Below, in pieces: positions 1-14,456 of a DNA stretch of 64,000 nucleotides; within the stretch, counting starts at the first letter, position 1, and each line of letters begins with the position of its first letter. Both the position numbers and the translations under genes were made by a program. The notes beneath the pieces are model-generated. The model was not told the origin of the DNA. It did no database searches and worked only from the letters and a program-made list of their open reading frames with translations. The DNA comes from Octopus sinensis (lineage: Eukaryota), in NCBI RefSeq assembly GCF_006345805.1, contig NC_043022.1, forward strand, positions 8,742,001 through 8,806,000, given 5' to 3'.

Positions 1-2816
1 TTATTCAATAGCCAAGGTAAAACTCTGAGTTTCGGATGCCACGGTGGAAATCCACAACACCATCTCTTTGGTTATCCTTTGTTATCTTACCGTTTTTACC
101 AATATATATATATATATATTGCATATATTATATAGTTTATACATGTGTGGTGTGTATGTGAAACATACATGCATATATGTATGTATGTTTTTATATAACA
201 CATACACAAATGCACATACACACAGGAAAGTCTTCTGAAATATTTTAAGGTTTCTCAAGCATTTGTAGCAGCTATCATGTAGGATTGGCTGTAATAACAT
301 TGGAACAGGGAGAGAGAGAAGAGAAGAGAAGAGACACATCAAAGTAGTCACTTTAATATTACCTACTGATAGCCTCTGTTGGTAATTAGTCAGCGTAATC
401 AGTTTTGATCTGGAATAAATTCATTTGTAATGATGTAGTGGAAAAAATATAATGCTTCAAGCAGAAACCCTTGCATGGTGAGTGATGCCATCTGACGAAC
501 GAGAAGGGTTCTTTTCTTCCTCATAGCCAAACCAATTTATTGGACTCTTCAGATTCTTCAGTTACTGTAACAGTTGTGTCATTTGCACCAAGTCACTTGT
601 CCTTAGGTGCTATTTCAATAATAGCTAGATTATCATCCTTCTATGCAGAGAGAGAGAGAGAGAGGAACGGAGGTAGGTAGGTAGATATAGGTATATATAG
701 ATGTATATGTGTACACAAACACGCACGCGTATGCACACACACACAGACACATACATATATACATACATATAGACATCAAACATTTCAATGTAAACTGAAG
801 TTTTCCTGAAGTGCTTTATTTACACCTGGGAATCCTTATAGAATACTCTCTTTACCTGTTTATCTCTTCCCACTACTCACACTATATTTCATACACTCTC
901 TTTCTCTCTCACTCACTTTCTCTCTCTCTCTCTCTCTCTCTCACAACAATATTGTAAAACTACCCACTTGTTCAATAATTCTCCTATGTTGTCAACTCCC
1001 ATCAGAATCCATTGATGTCTAGTCTATATTTTCTTGAACATTAAAATATTCAACATAAATAGCAAAGAAATAATCAAATACAACATCATTTAGTTGTTAT
1101 TGTCAGGTAATTCCCCCTGCTCAACCCTTGCCTCTCAGATGATCTTTTCACTTGTAAACATGTTAGCTAGCTACCCAGTTGATTAAAGTTGGCAAGTGGG
1201 AGCAGCTATTCTATGTTAAGCAGTGTGTTTAAGGGTGTTTGCTTTGAAATCACATGATTTGGGGCTCAGCCCTACTGATAGGGGATCTTAGTCAAGTGTC
1301 TTCTACTGTATAACCAGAGATTAACTAAAGCCTTGTCATTAAAATTGTGCGTGTATGTGTGTGTGTGTCTTTGTGGTCTTGCATGTGTATTTGTTTTATT
1401 AAGCTCTTATTAATAAATATTTTCATACTAAAATAAATATATTTATTCGAACGGCGGTGCCCCAGCATGGCCACAGCTCATGAGCTGAAACTAGATAAAA
1501 TAAAATATAAAATATATACTCTAGTATACTGAATTCTATTTATCCTGTTTGTACACTAAGACTGTCAAACCACCCATATATACACACATTTATAGATATA
1601 TACACATACACACACACACATACACATACATATGAGAGAGAGAAATTGATTGATAGAGTGTCAATGTAGATGACATAAATCAAAAAATTAGGCACTTGTG
1701 ACACTCGCTGACCTCCAGTAGCAGAGAGCCATTAGCCATTTTTTCCATACCAGCTACTCTGAAGAGCACGGTGATAGGTATTCTCCCAATTACTTAATTG
1801 AAACTGATTAGTAAGATTGGCTGAAATGGATCTATGTAATACTATCATGAAGGGTATGTTTTTATATCAATTTCTCATTTGAACAGTCATAATGACTTCG
1901 GTTGACCAGAGGCTATAGCAAAGGACACTACACTTCCATGGCCCTAGTATCAACCCCAAGACCATATCATGAGGCAAAGAAGCCTTGTTAACCACACTAT
2001 TGAAATAAGATGTGTACCATCTGCCATCATGCATCATCGTAACTTGGTGACAGGATAAATTTCACCTTTGTGGAATCTATTCATGAATTTAAGGTTGTAT
2101 TGCTAATGGAAGTTATATTTTCTGACAAAATCACTTCAATTATTAATTGAAAAATATTTAGACAATAAACGAAAAAGAAAAATATTTTTATTGTTATTAT
2201 TTGTGACTATTAAGCTAGTATACATACATGCACACACACACATACACACACACATACACACACACATGAATGTAGCTTATTAAGGTTGAGACTCTCACAT
2301 CTTATAAAAATAATGCCAGATTTCAGCCAGATAATTTATATTGCCTGATATGCTTATATCATTAGTTATTTGATATGATACTTATCACGGTCTCCCACTA
2401 ATTGGTTAGAAAGATGCTTATAGTGAATCTTCTAACCGAAGTATTGTTTGCTGTCACCAGCAATTGATTTAATCAGAACATTGAGGTTAGATTTAGCAGC
2501 CTCTATCTCTCAATCTTACTGTGCAATGTTGAATTAATTGCTTCTTTCTCGAGTGGACAGGGCGATAGGGATGGGAGGGCGGGCAGGCTACCTGCAGTTT
2601 TAGTTCATTGTGGCCTTAGCTATACATGAAATATTTATATCAGAATATGTCATGAGTAAACAAGTACAAACTTGAATGTTATACTTATTTTCAAGAAGCT
2701 CCTATTCCTTGACAACATACTCTTTATCTGTATATATATACATGTGTCTGTGTGTGTGTGTGTGAATATTTGTGTGTGTATATATATATATATATACAAA
2801 TATTCATGAATGTATT

Positions 2817-2863
<47 letters not shown>

Positions 2864-2991
2864 TCATGATCGTATATAGATGTATTTGAGAGTTTGAATG
2901 AATGTGTGTGTGTTTATATATATAGAGAGAGATGGAGAGTGAGAGAGAGGGGGAGAGAGATTTATATACATACAGTAATAAATGTGTATTC

Positions 2992-3027
<36 letters not shown>

Positions 3028-4143
3028 ATATTTGTGTGTGTGTGCTTGTGCTCATTTCATCAGTTATCAATGAATTGATTTGCTAATGCAAAAATCAAAT
3101 GATGAGGTGAAGCTGCTGCAGTATATTTGATCAAATCAGACTTATATTGATCTCTTATACAAACTCCCAGGCATGGCTGTATACTGAAGAAATTCACTTT
3201 GCTAGTACAGAATTTCAGGTTCAAACCCACTTTACTGCACTTTAGGCCAGCATCTACTGACATAGCATTGGGACACCCATGTGTTGTGAAGGAAATTCGA
3301 TATATGGAAACACTGTGGAAACCCACTGGAAGTATTGATCTCATTTTTTGGCTAAGCAAGCAGGCCAACATTTTCCTGTAATCAAAAGAGGAACTGAAGC
3401 AACATGAAATGAAGTGTTTTGCTCAAGAACTCAGCATGCGGCCTGGTCTAGGAATCGAACCCATGATCTCCTGATCATGAGTGTTACAGCCTAACCACTA
3501 AGCCAAGTGCTTTCACAAAAACATGTAAACATAATGAAATACTTTTTGTACCAAAGTCACCATCATCTTCTTTGTTTCAACATCCACTTTTCCATGCCTG
3601 CATGAGTCAAATGTGAATTGTTGAGGTAATTTTTTTACAGCTGAATGCCCTTCTTGCTACCTGTTTCAAAGCAAGATGATATTCCTCCAGTCTGTCAAGC
3701 AATGCACAACCTGGACATAGATACACAGTTAAATAGAAACAAATGACACCACTTGAAGGAGCCAGTTGTTTACATAGATTGCACAACATGTCAAGACAAA
3801 TTGGATTGTACATTGAGATATTAGAATTTTCTTTTTTTCAATCTGGATGCTTCCATGTCTGTGTGGTTAACAAGCTCAGTATGCAACCATATGATTTTGG
3901 GTTCAGTCCCACTGTATGACACCATGGACAAGTACCATCAACTATAGCTGTCGGCCAACCAATGCCTTGTGAGTGAATCTGGTAGACAGAAACTTTATGG
4001 AAAACCACATATATATATGTGTGTGTGTATGTATGTATGTATGTATGTATGTGTGTATGTATGTATGTATGTATTTATTTATGTATGTATGTATATATGT
4101 ATGTATGTGTGTGTGTCTATATATATATATACATCAGTGTGCC

Positions 4144-4171
<28 letters not shown>

Positions 4172-4175
<4 letters not shown>

Positions 4176-4904
4176 GACGAGGTGGTGAAGCACGACCTTC
4201 GAACTTTAGGTCTCACTGAGGAAATGACTAGAGACCGAGACCTCTGGAAGTGTGCTGTGCGCGAGAAGACCCGGCAGGACAAGTGAGTGAGTCCATACCC
4301 GTGGCCTTCTACATGGGATGGAGCCAGCCTACGTATGCATACCTTCCTTCTTCTTGGGACACAAAACTCTACTTGTGAAGACGTGATGAGGCAAGTGAGG
4401 ATCAGAATCGAAATCGATCAATGGAAATTGCGGAGTGTGCTACCAGTGCCGGTGGCATGTCAAAACTTCTTGTGAAGACCCATTGAGGCAAGTGACGATC
4501 AGAATCGAAATCGATCAATGGAAATCGATCAATGGAAATTGCAGATGTGTTACCAGTGCCGGTGGCATGTAAGAGAACTTTCCGTTTCGCGACCGTTGCC
4601 AGCACTGCCCCGTTTCGTGTCCGTTGCCAGCCTCGCCTGGCCCTCGTGCCGGTGGCACATAAAAAGCACCATCCGTTCGTGGCCGTTTGCCAGCTCTGTC
4701 TGGCACCAGTGCGGGTGGCACGTAAAAAGCACCCACTACACTCACGGAGTGGTTGGCGTTAGGAAGGGCATCCAGCCGTAGAAACACTGCCAGATTTGAC
4801 TGGGCCTGATGAAGCCTTCTGGCTTCACATGACCCCAGTAGAACCGTCCAACCCATGCTAGCATGGAAAACGGACGCTAAACGATGATGATGATGATGAT
4901 GATG
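4172..4904 (+). mobile_element. 5'-truncated RTE-clade LINE (ORF C-terminus, 3' UTR, (GAT)n tail)
   Basis: DEVVKHDLRTLGLTEEMTRDRDLWKCAVREKTRQDK* (stop 4284-86), then the 3' UTR shared by many copies in the window, ending in (GAT)n at 4883-4904. Confidence 0.88.
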
Positions 4905-6685
4905 AATATATATATATATATATATATAATATATAGATATATATATATACATCAGTGTGCCATTATATATATATATATATATATATATACTATATATATT
5001 ATATATATCTATATATACATCAGTGTGCCATTATATATATATATATATATATATATATACTCATGTGCCATGGATGATTTTCTTTTCCTTCTTTGGATTT
5101 TTCCTTTTCTCCTTTCCGATGAAGAGCTATGCTCGGAACATCAAGCTCTCTTCTTTTACTGAACATCAAGTTAATACATTTCTTATGCACATCCTTTTGT
5201 TGTCCAAAAATTTTATTCATTAATTTGAATTGTATATATATATATAATGTGTGTGTGTGTGTGTCTGTATGTGTGTGTTATTGTGTGTATTTGTCCCCAC
5301 CCCACTGTACACCTTGGCAACTTGTGTTGGTTTGTATACATCCTTGTGACTTAGTGGTTGGGCAAAAGTGACCAATACAATAAGCACCAGACTTAAAAAG
5401 AAGTAATGGGGTGGATTTATTTATCCAAAAACCCTTCAAGGTAGTGCTCCAGTCTAGCCACAATCCAATGACTGAAAGACGTAGAAGATTAAAGATATAT
5501 TTACTGTGCAAATATCTTTTGACGTCTGTTATTTCACAAGATGGTTTTTAATAAACTTCTTGATACATTCCACTCTCTTAATTGCCTTTTATTTAAAATC
5601 TGTTAAAAACAGATTTGTTCAGAGTATTAAACTTTAAAAAAAATATTATCTTAGAAAGCTTAAAATTATCTAATCAGATAATTAAGCAACCAATTAGTTC
5701 TGTTTAAATTATTTTTTCTAGGATTATATTAAAACAGAAAAAAAAAGACAATTTACAAATAGCTTCAGAGATGTTTAAAAAAATATGTAATTAAAGTGCA
5801 GAAATTGATTGGATTTCAAGAATGAACATCTAAATAATTGTTTCTTTAATAGATATTGGCAAGGTGTGAGGGGAGATAACAAGAGTTGTGAAGTTCATTC
5901 CTTTACCAAGGTCATTAGACATAAATCTGTTGTGGTTCCAACAGAGAATCAAAACACCAGATCCACAGATTCAGTTTCTTGAGAAATTATTCCTCCTCCC
6001 ACTTCATTCTTCTTCTTCATCTCCTTCTCCTTCATCTCCCTCTTCATGTTGCACTTCTGTTTCATTATCTTCTTCTCCCTCTGCTTTTCCTTCTTCCTCT
6101 TTTTCTTCTTATTCTTCCCTTTAGTCTTCTTCATCTCCCCTTCCGCCTCTTGTCATCATCATTGTTGTTGCTGTTGTTGATGCTGTGGTTTAGGCCTAAG
6201 TCAATCCTCATCAGCTAAACCTGTCATAAAATATTTTCTCTAATTATGACAATCCCTACTTTTATTTTCAGTCATAGTGTATCTAGGACTACATTATCTA
6301 ATATGTCCTCCTCTAAAACGCCACAATACGATCTGAATAAGATTGGGGCGAGGGGCTTCTGTTTCTAGCTGATCTAGTGACCGCATAGAGGTTCTCTTGT
6401 TGGTTGGTTATTATCATTTAGTTGCAGGTCGTCCATGATCAAGTAGACATCCATTCATCCATCTTCTCTGCCCAATATTCCCAGGTAATGAGGGTTCATG
6501 GGAATAGAATCCTCAGGGACTTCGTCCATAATGTCATATCAGAAACAGCCATCGTTACATTTTCTGGCTATATTCTCTAACATGACCATCTGAGACTATC
6601 TTTTATTTGAAACTATTTTTTACTCGTTTCAGTCATTAGACACTCACACACCTGTCTTCATCTTTTTTTTTTTTTTGTGAATTCT

Positions 6686-6722
<37 letters not shown>

Positions 6723-7104
6723 TCATCATCGTTTAACGTCCGCTTTCCATGCTAGCATGGGTTGGACAAATATATATATTAATTGTTATAGCCAGTCAGT
6801 GTGACCTTTGGTTTCACACCTGTAAAGCTCTTAGCTGTACAGGCAACTCGTTAGACTCAAATAGCTATAGGCACATAACCTCTCTGCAATGAATCGCCTA
6901 TATGGCTAAGTGCTTTATACATGCAAAACCAGTGGTCGTTCTCTGACTCGCCATAACAATCAACTTCTTAAAAAACAATATACACTGCTCTCAAGTTTTA
7001 GAGTGTGCTTCTTTTTCAGATAAACGAATTATTGACAATATGTATGTATGCATGTGTGCAAGTATGTATGTGTGTTTGTACACACACATATATATATATA
7101 TGTA

Positions 7105-8606
7105 TCGGGTCATCCCATAAATAATGCAACTTTTTTTTTTATACTTCTTTTATTTTTCAAAATTAAGATAAACAAAGTTATTTTTTAATCTAAAATATAC
7201 TCATTTTCATTTTCTACAATGCTCTTCCATCTGTCTGGTAGACCTGCAAGGTCTCTCTTCCAGAATTCACTTGTCCGTCATGAAAAATACTTCTCCAGTT
7301 CTCTTCTGACCTCGTCTACAGAATTCGTATTTTTTCTGTTCAAATGATTTTGAAGACTGCAGAATAAATGATAATCAAATGGTGCACTGTCCGGTGAATA
7401 TGATGGGTAGGGCATCGTTTCCCATTCAAACTGCTCCAGCCTTTGGAATGTCATCCTTGCTGTATGGGCCGAGCATTATCCTGATGGAAGAACACCTTTC
7501 GTCTTGAAACAAAGATGGTCGTTTTTCTTCTAGTGCTGACCTAAACCACTCAAGCTGCTCACAATAGATCTCCTTTGTTATTGTTTAGTTTGGGTTTAAA
7601 AGTTCAAGGAAGACTAACCTTTCATATCCAACCAAACCAATAACAGCACATTATGTGGGTGAAGATCTTCTTTAGCCTGGGGTGTCAGTGTTTCTCCTTT
7701 CCTTACCCACTTTCTTTGGTACTTTACATTTTTATGGAGAACTCATTTCTCTCACTTCTCTCACAAGTCACTATTCAGTACAAAAAAGGTTCATTTTTGA
7801 GATGTGGCAGCAAAGAAGAGCACACATTCACTTTCTCTGCACTATTAAACTTGGATGGAAAACTAAATTGTTTAACAACACATGTAGGTGAAGACCTTTT
7901 TTAGTCTGGGGTGCTGGTGTTTCTCCTTTCTTTGGTACTTGCTATTTTTATGGAGAACCAATTCGCATCACCAGTCACTATTCGGTCCAAAAAAGATTCA
8001 TTCATGAGATGTGACAGCAGAGAAGAGTGCACATGCACTCTTCACACAAAATGAGACGCAAAAAGTTTTGAAGAACCCTTCGACCCAGTTTGCTGACTTT
8101 TTTGATGGCACACACATGTCAATCAATGGTTGAACAACCAAATCCAAGATTATCTGCTAGTTCCTCAACAATTATGATGGGATTTTGTTCCACCAGGGTT
8201 TGTAGGACATCCTCATCAAGCTCTATAGATCTTCCAGCACAAGGCTCATCTTCTTGGCTGTAGTTTCCGGGTCGGAATTTCTAGAACCACCATTGACACT
8301 GGCTTATGCTTATTGTCTGATCCCCATATACTGCATTAATATTCATCACATTTTCCGTTGCATTGCTGCTTTTATTGAACTCATAAAGCAGAATATGCTG
8401 AATATGCTCCTTTGTCATTTCCATTATAGCTTTGAAAAAATAACTGTTAAAATCAAATTGCACTTTTCAAAACTTCCACTAACAATAAGTACAAGATAAA
8501 ATTACTACCTGCTTTTATAGTAAGTTGATGCAGGTAGTTTATCTTATCTTCCTCCAACTTTTAGTTCATGCAACTGAAAAAACTGCATTATTTATAGGAT
8601 GACCCA

Positions 8607-8607
<1 letters not shown>
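7105..8607 (-). mobile_element. Full-length decayed mariner (Tc1/mariner, D,D34D) DNA transposon
   Basis: TIRs tcgggtcatcccataaataatgc (7105-) and gcattatttataggatgacccaa (-8607), each flanked by TA. Minus strand encodes MEMTKEHIQHILLYEFNKSSNATE...QCQWWF*KFRPGNYSQEDEPCAGRS and ...HQDNARPH...PYPSYSPDSAPFDYHLF, with stops and frameshifts. Confidence 0.92.
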
Positions 8608-8649
<42 letters not shown>

Positions 8650-9319
8650 TATATAAATATACATACACACACATTTTTATGGAAGATCTGGGCATTTGGC
8701 ATGGAAGGGTTGTATTGGTCCAGACAAATCTCCCAACCAGATAGCTAGAGTTCATTGGAATAACTGTAAAATGATCAATAGAAAAGCTGTGTCTGTAAAA
8801 AATAGGGTTGGGATAGGAAGTGGTATTTTGGGGGTGGAGCATAGTTCATTGGAATAACAGTTAAATAGTTAATGGAAAAGGGAAAAGGTTGTGTTTTATT
8901 AGTAAAGCAAGAACTAAAGCTGTTTACTTTACAGTTCCATATTAACTAGAGCAGTTTGGGAATTGAAAATGCATTAGTTTGTATGTCAGTGAGAGATATG
9001 GAATTAGTTCACTGGATCACTTTGGCATCCTATATAGATTGTATTGTAATTATCTGTATTATAATGGCATGCCATAGGGAATAACTCAATTTCCATTTGT
9101 GACTATAGAAATGTAGAAATAAAGAAATATATTTATGAACAGACATATGCAACAAGCACTCGCCTACCTCTCACACACTCACATGTGTGTGTGTTTGCGT
9201 GAATACACATGTATATATGTGTGTGCGCGTGTATATATATATACATATTTATATATATATTATATATATATATATATATACATACACAAATATATGTAGG
9301 ATATATATACAATTATTCA

Positions 9320-9385
<66 letters not shown>

Positions 9386-10132
9386 TATATATAATATATA
9401 TATATACATTACATTCATACACACACACATATTCATACAAATGTATTTTTCTCTTTCCCTCTCCATATATATATATATATATATAGATAGATAGATATAT
9501 TTATACTTATACACACAAACACACATATCCATGTATAATATATACAATATATATATATAATTATATATAAATATATACATACATACACGTACACATATAT
9601 ACTTATCTATATACCCACATACTGTAATACTCTCACACAAAAATGCACATACATGGAAATAAATAAAGGCTAGAAGTATTGGATAGTTGATTAGCACACT
9701 AGTTGACGTAGATGCACAGACATGCACATATACACATACATACATTCACAGCAGGGCAGAGACAGAGAGACAGAGAGAGAGACAAGGAGACAAAGGAAGG
9801 GAGCGAACAATTTTGACACAAGTACCTTTTTGGCATGATGAAACAAACCTAACATAATTTAAAGCAAGCAATAGATATTTAAAAAACAAAACAAGACGAA
9901 AAATAGTTGTATAAGTCTTGTGAAAGAGTTATATAGGAAACTACTGAATTCTGCTTTTCATATAATGATAACAGTGTGGCTGCAGTAACGGCATGAATGA
10001 CGTTATTGATAAATCTATAATTTATATATGTCAGTAATTTCCTTTTAAAATTTGATTTATTTGCCTCCTGAAAGACACACACACAAAAACGACAAAAAAC
10101 AGTCAACTAAAACAAATATAATATATATATAT

Positions 10133-10163
<31 letters not shown>

Positions 10164-10613
10164 ATATATGCACACGCATACACACACACACACACATATT
10201 ATCATGATACAAGAGTTTGAGAGTGGGGTAGAATAGGTCTGTTCAATTTTTTTTAATGGGTTTTCTGAATTTTTTGCTAATTTTTTTCTGTATGTTGTTA
10301 TATATTTTTTGGGGTGGGGGTTGAATGTTTGTTGTTGTTATTTTTTTGTCCATATGTAATGAATTAACCTAGACTCATCTTTAAAAGAAAAAATCTTTTT
10401 TTTTCTGCATTTTATAATTTTTAAAAAATATATTTTTGTTTTTACCTTTATATATGTATATATAGTGTGTATGTATGTGTGTGTATGTATATATGTATGT
10501 GTGTAGGTATATGTATGTATATGTGAATGTATATATGCATGTGTGTGTAGGTATGTGTATGTATATATAGGTATATGTATATATTTGTATATGTATGTAT
10601 GTATGTATGTATG

Positions 10614-10645
<32 letters not shown>

Positions 10646-10977
10646 AGTATATGTGAATATATATATATGTGTGTGTGTGCATGTATATATATAAATATAT
10701 ATACATACACACATACACGTATATCAAAGTGGAGCACATACATAAAAGAAATATTAACATGACACAAAGGTTGACATTAAGTTAAGATTGTAGTATGAAA
10801 TGGCTCATTAAATTTTATGCAGTTTAAAGATTAACTAATAAAAAAAAAGACTCAAAAGAAGGAAATGAAAAAAAAATCAAAATTTAAATAAATAAATAAA
10901 TTATAGCAAATTAAAATAAATTTGAAAAAAACACCTCACCATCCTGTTAGATATTTCTTTAGGAGTTTATATGTATG

Positions 10978-11008
<31 letters not shown>

Positions 11009-11074
11009 TTGTTTTTTGTTGTTGCCTATGTTTAATATGAATTTTAATCAGTTAGTTGCTTAAGGATCAGTTAT

Positions 11075-11640
11075 GAAGAAGTTGTGGTGGTGGTGGTGGT
11101 GGTGGTGACACTGGTGGTAGTGGTATGTCTGTTAGTGTTGGTACTGATTGTTGTGGTGGTCATATTGTTAGCGATAGTACGTTTGTCAGTGGTGATGGTA
11201 TGTCTGGTCATGGTGGTTATGGAGATGATGACATTGGTAATTGTGGTGGGGCGGCGGGGGTGGTGGTGGTGGTGGTGGTGGTGGTATGAAACTACTGGTA
11301 CTGATAGCAGTAGTGATTCATGGAGTTGGCGATGGTGTATCTGAGGCTGGTGGTGATGTGGTGGTGGAAGTGATGTTGGTAGTGGATATGGCAGAGGTGG
11401 TTGTGATAGATGGGGTAGTGAACAGTGGTGGTACTGGTGGTGATGGTATGTCAGGTGATGGTCCATGGTGGTTGATGGTGCGGTGTTGTCAGTAGTGCTG
11501 GTGGTGAATTGTATGTCAGGTGATGAGGGTCACAGAGATGATGATGGCAGTGAAGATGGTGGTGGTGCTTTTTGATATGTGTGTCTGATGTTGATGGTAA
11601 TGCTGATTGTGGTAGTAGTAGTGGGGGTGATGGTTTCGGT
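11075..11640. repeat. Degenerate (GGT/GAT)n trinucleotide array
   Basis: Directly visible; yields poly-V/G/H/T ORFs in several frames. Confidence 0.9.
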
Positions 11641-12371
11641 GTAATTACAAACTAGGAGACACAAGAAGTATAAGATTTGTTTTATGAAAGAGAAGAAATT
11701 CAATAAACCTTGAGTTTCTTTTTTCTATCTTTTCAACTTCACACAATTTTTTGAAAACAAAAAAATAAAAAGCAAAAAAAAAATTTGCTTGATTTCCTTT
11801 TTTTTTTATTTTTCACTACATTCACATGGGTTTGAAAGCTCTACTAATCTTTGAACTGTTCAACTGTGTTTCTTTTTTTTTTTTCCTTTTTATAGCTAGA
11901 TTCAAGTTTATAATCCTCCCTATTCTCGTGTGAAGTCAGAAGGAATGATATTCCTTAGCTTCTCATTTTATTTTTGATTATTAACATATTTGATGGCATA
12001 TAGGATGCACTTTTCCTCCCAAAAAAATCTCAAAAAATTACCCCAGGTCCTGTATGCAAAGTTAGGTCAATATTACATGCTTTAATACTCCAAAAACTTT
12101 TTTCTGAATATGTGCTGCTGTAATTGGGGTTCATCTATAGGCTCATGCATCTTTTATGCCTTCGGCTCAGTGGTGAGAGAACCTGGCTCGCAATCATGAG
12201 GTAGTGAGTTTGATTCCCAGACTGGATTCTGTATTGTGTTTTTGAACAAGACACTCTATTTCACATTGCTCTTGTTCACTCAGCTGTAGAAATGAGTTGT
12301 AACATGAGTAGTGCCAAGCTGTATTGGCCTTTGTCTTTCCCTTGTATAATATTGGTGGCATGTAGAGTGGA

Positions 12372-12810
12372 GGCTGAAACTCTGACGTCTGGCAGCTGAC
12401 TTGGCAGACACTCATAAAATTATTAACCATCTTACAAACAATAACTCTGAGCACCTTTTCAAACTCCACCCATCTAACACCCGTGGGCATATTTATAAAG
12501 TCAGTAAACAGCACAGCTCCCATGACTTTAGCAAACATTTTTTCACGCTGAAATTGCTGAAGCATGGAACAAACTGCCGGCATCAGTTGTTAGTTGTCGG
12601 AGCACTGCATCCTTCAAAACTTCCATGCTTTCTGAGATTCGCCAACACTACACTTGATTTTCTCCCCTCCATACACACACAAGCATGTATCTGACTCATA
12701 CACTGTTCACTTCCCAGACATTTGTACATTACTGCATACACTTTATACGCACTTTCTGACAAGTTGTGGTGCACCTGAGCACTGTATACAATAATTTCAT
12801 TATTATTATT
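12372..12810 (+). mobile_element. CR1-type LINE 3' fragment nested inside a SINE
   Basis: LKL*RLAADLADTHKIINHL...HPSNTRGHIYKVSKQHSSHDFSKHFFTL..AEAWNKLPASVVSCRSTASFKTSM is a CR1 C-terminal signature; ends in an (ATT)n tail. Confidence 0.75.
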
Positions 12811-14400
12811 ATTATATGCATGGGTGATTGCTGGTCTTCCATAAACAACCTTGCCTGGACTTGTGCCTCAGAGGAGAACTTCCTAGGTGCAACCTCATGG
12901 TCATTCATGACCAAAGGGAGTTTTTACCCTTTTACCCTATGTATATTGTCAGTAGTTCATATATCCAAAAAAAAGAAGCACACTCTAAAGCATTAGAGCA
13001 TTAATATATTGTTTTAGGAAGCTACATGTTATAACCAGTCATATAGTGACCTTTGGTTTCACACCCGTAAAGAGCTTAACAGCATAAGCAATGCATCAGA
13101 TGCTTTTTAGTCTGATGAGCCAGATCCAGCCTCTTGTACCTACTCTACAATGTCATTCTGAAAGTAAACAATAACATCAACTGAAATCTCGAAGCTACAA
13201 GATAATGCATGATTAATTCAAAACAATGTGAATAAATAAGCATTACATTTGGCAGAATAATCTGAATGTTAAAAGGTTGAAACAGTTTCTAGAAAGATAA
13301 TTAGAAGAGTTCATTCAAATAAGGCAGGAGGTAAGTTTACAGATATAGCTGTATAAACCAGGACCTGATTTGAGAAGTCTGTGCAATATGTGGCTTTGGG
13401 TTCAGTCCCACTGCATGGTATCTTGGCCAAGTGCCTTCTACTATAACCCGGTGCTGATCAATGCCTAGAGTAAATTTGGTAGATAGAAACTACATAGAAG
13501 CCTATTGTGTATGTGTGTGTTTTCATGTATGTGCATGCACATGTGTGTGCATGCACATGTGTATCACTGTGTCTATGTGTCTGTATTTGCTTAAGAACTG
13601 GTGTTGGTTTGTTTATGTCTCCACATAACTTAGCAAACTTAGCAAAAGAGACTCATAGATTAAAAAAGCTTTAAAAAAAGAAAAATGCTGGTGCCAATTT
13701 GTTCAACTAAAACCCTTCCAGGCCGTGCTCCAGCATGACCACAGTCAAATAGCTGAAACAAATACAAGGTAAAAGATACACTAAACAACAGCTACATAAA
13801 ACAAGCTGAAAATAAATATAAGACTGTTGTTTTGATGTGAATGATGGAAGTTTTGTTTTGTCATTTTTGTTTTTCTTTCAATGCTAAGAAATTCATGATA
13901 GATTGGCAAAGAAGTCCACAAAGAGGAATAAATTTTCATTTCTGCTGTGTATGAAGTAAAGGAGAAGTTTTATATTTCATCTGTGATGAAGTGATTTCTT
14001 CTTCCACACAGCAACATAATTTGTTCCACTTTAACAACTGTTTTTGTACTTACTATTTGCTGGTGTAGACTATCAACGTTTTCCTTGTGAATAGATTTAG
14101 TAATCGGAAAACTGAAAGAAGCCCATTGTACATGTGTGTATACATGTGAGTGTTGTGTGTGGAGGTAACTGTATCTGGTGTGTGTGTGGAGGTAACTGTA
14201 TCTGGTGTGTGTGTGTAGAGGTGAGTCTGTATGGTGGTGAATATGCATGTGTTGTGTATGTATGTATGTGTGTGTGTGTGTGTGCATGTATGTGTGTGTG
14301 TGTATGTGTGTGTGCATGTATCTGTGTGTATGTGTGTGTGCATGTATCTGTGTGTGTGTGCATGTATCTGTGCGTGTGTATGTGTGTGTGTGTGCATGTA

Positions 14401-14456
<56 letters not shown>

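Noticed and set aside
485-550. CTGACGA...CCAAAC-CAAT-tt-ATTGG-AC as a hammerhead relic
   Set aside because: G12 and the NUH site are absent and there is no stem I pairing; too degenerate to support.
3060-3371. 103-aa minus-strand ORF in non-repetitive-looking sequence
   Set aside because: No recognisable homology or convincing splice sites.
9879-10106. Minus-strand ORF preceded by an acceptor-like gtgtctttcag
   Set aside because: No donor and no recognisable protein; opposite strand to the only supported exon.
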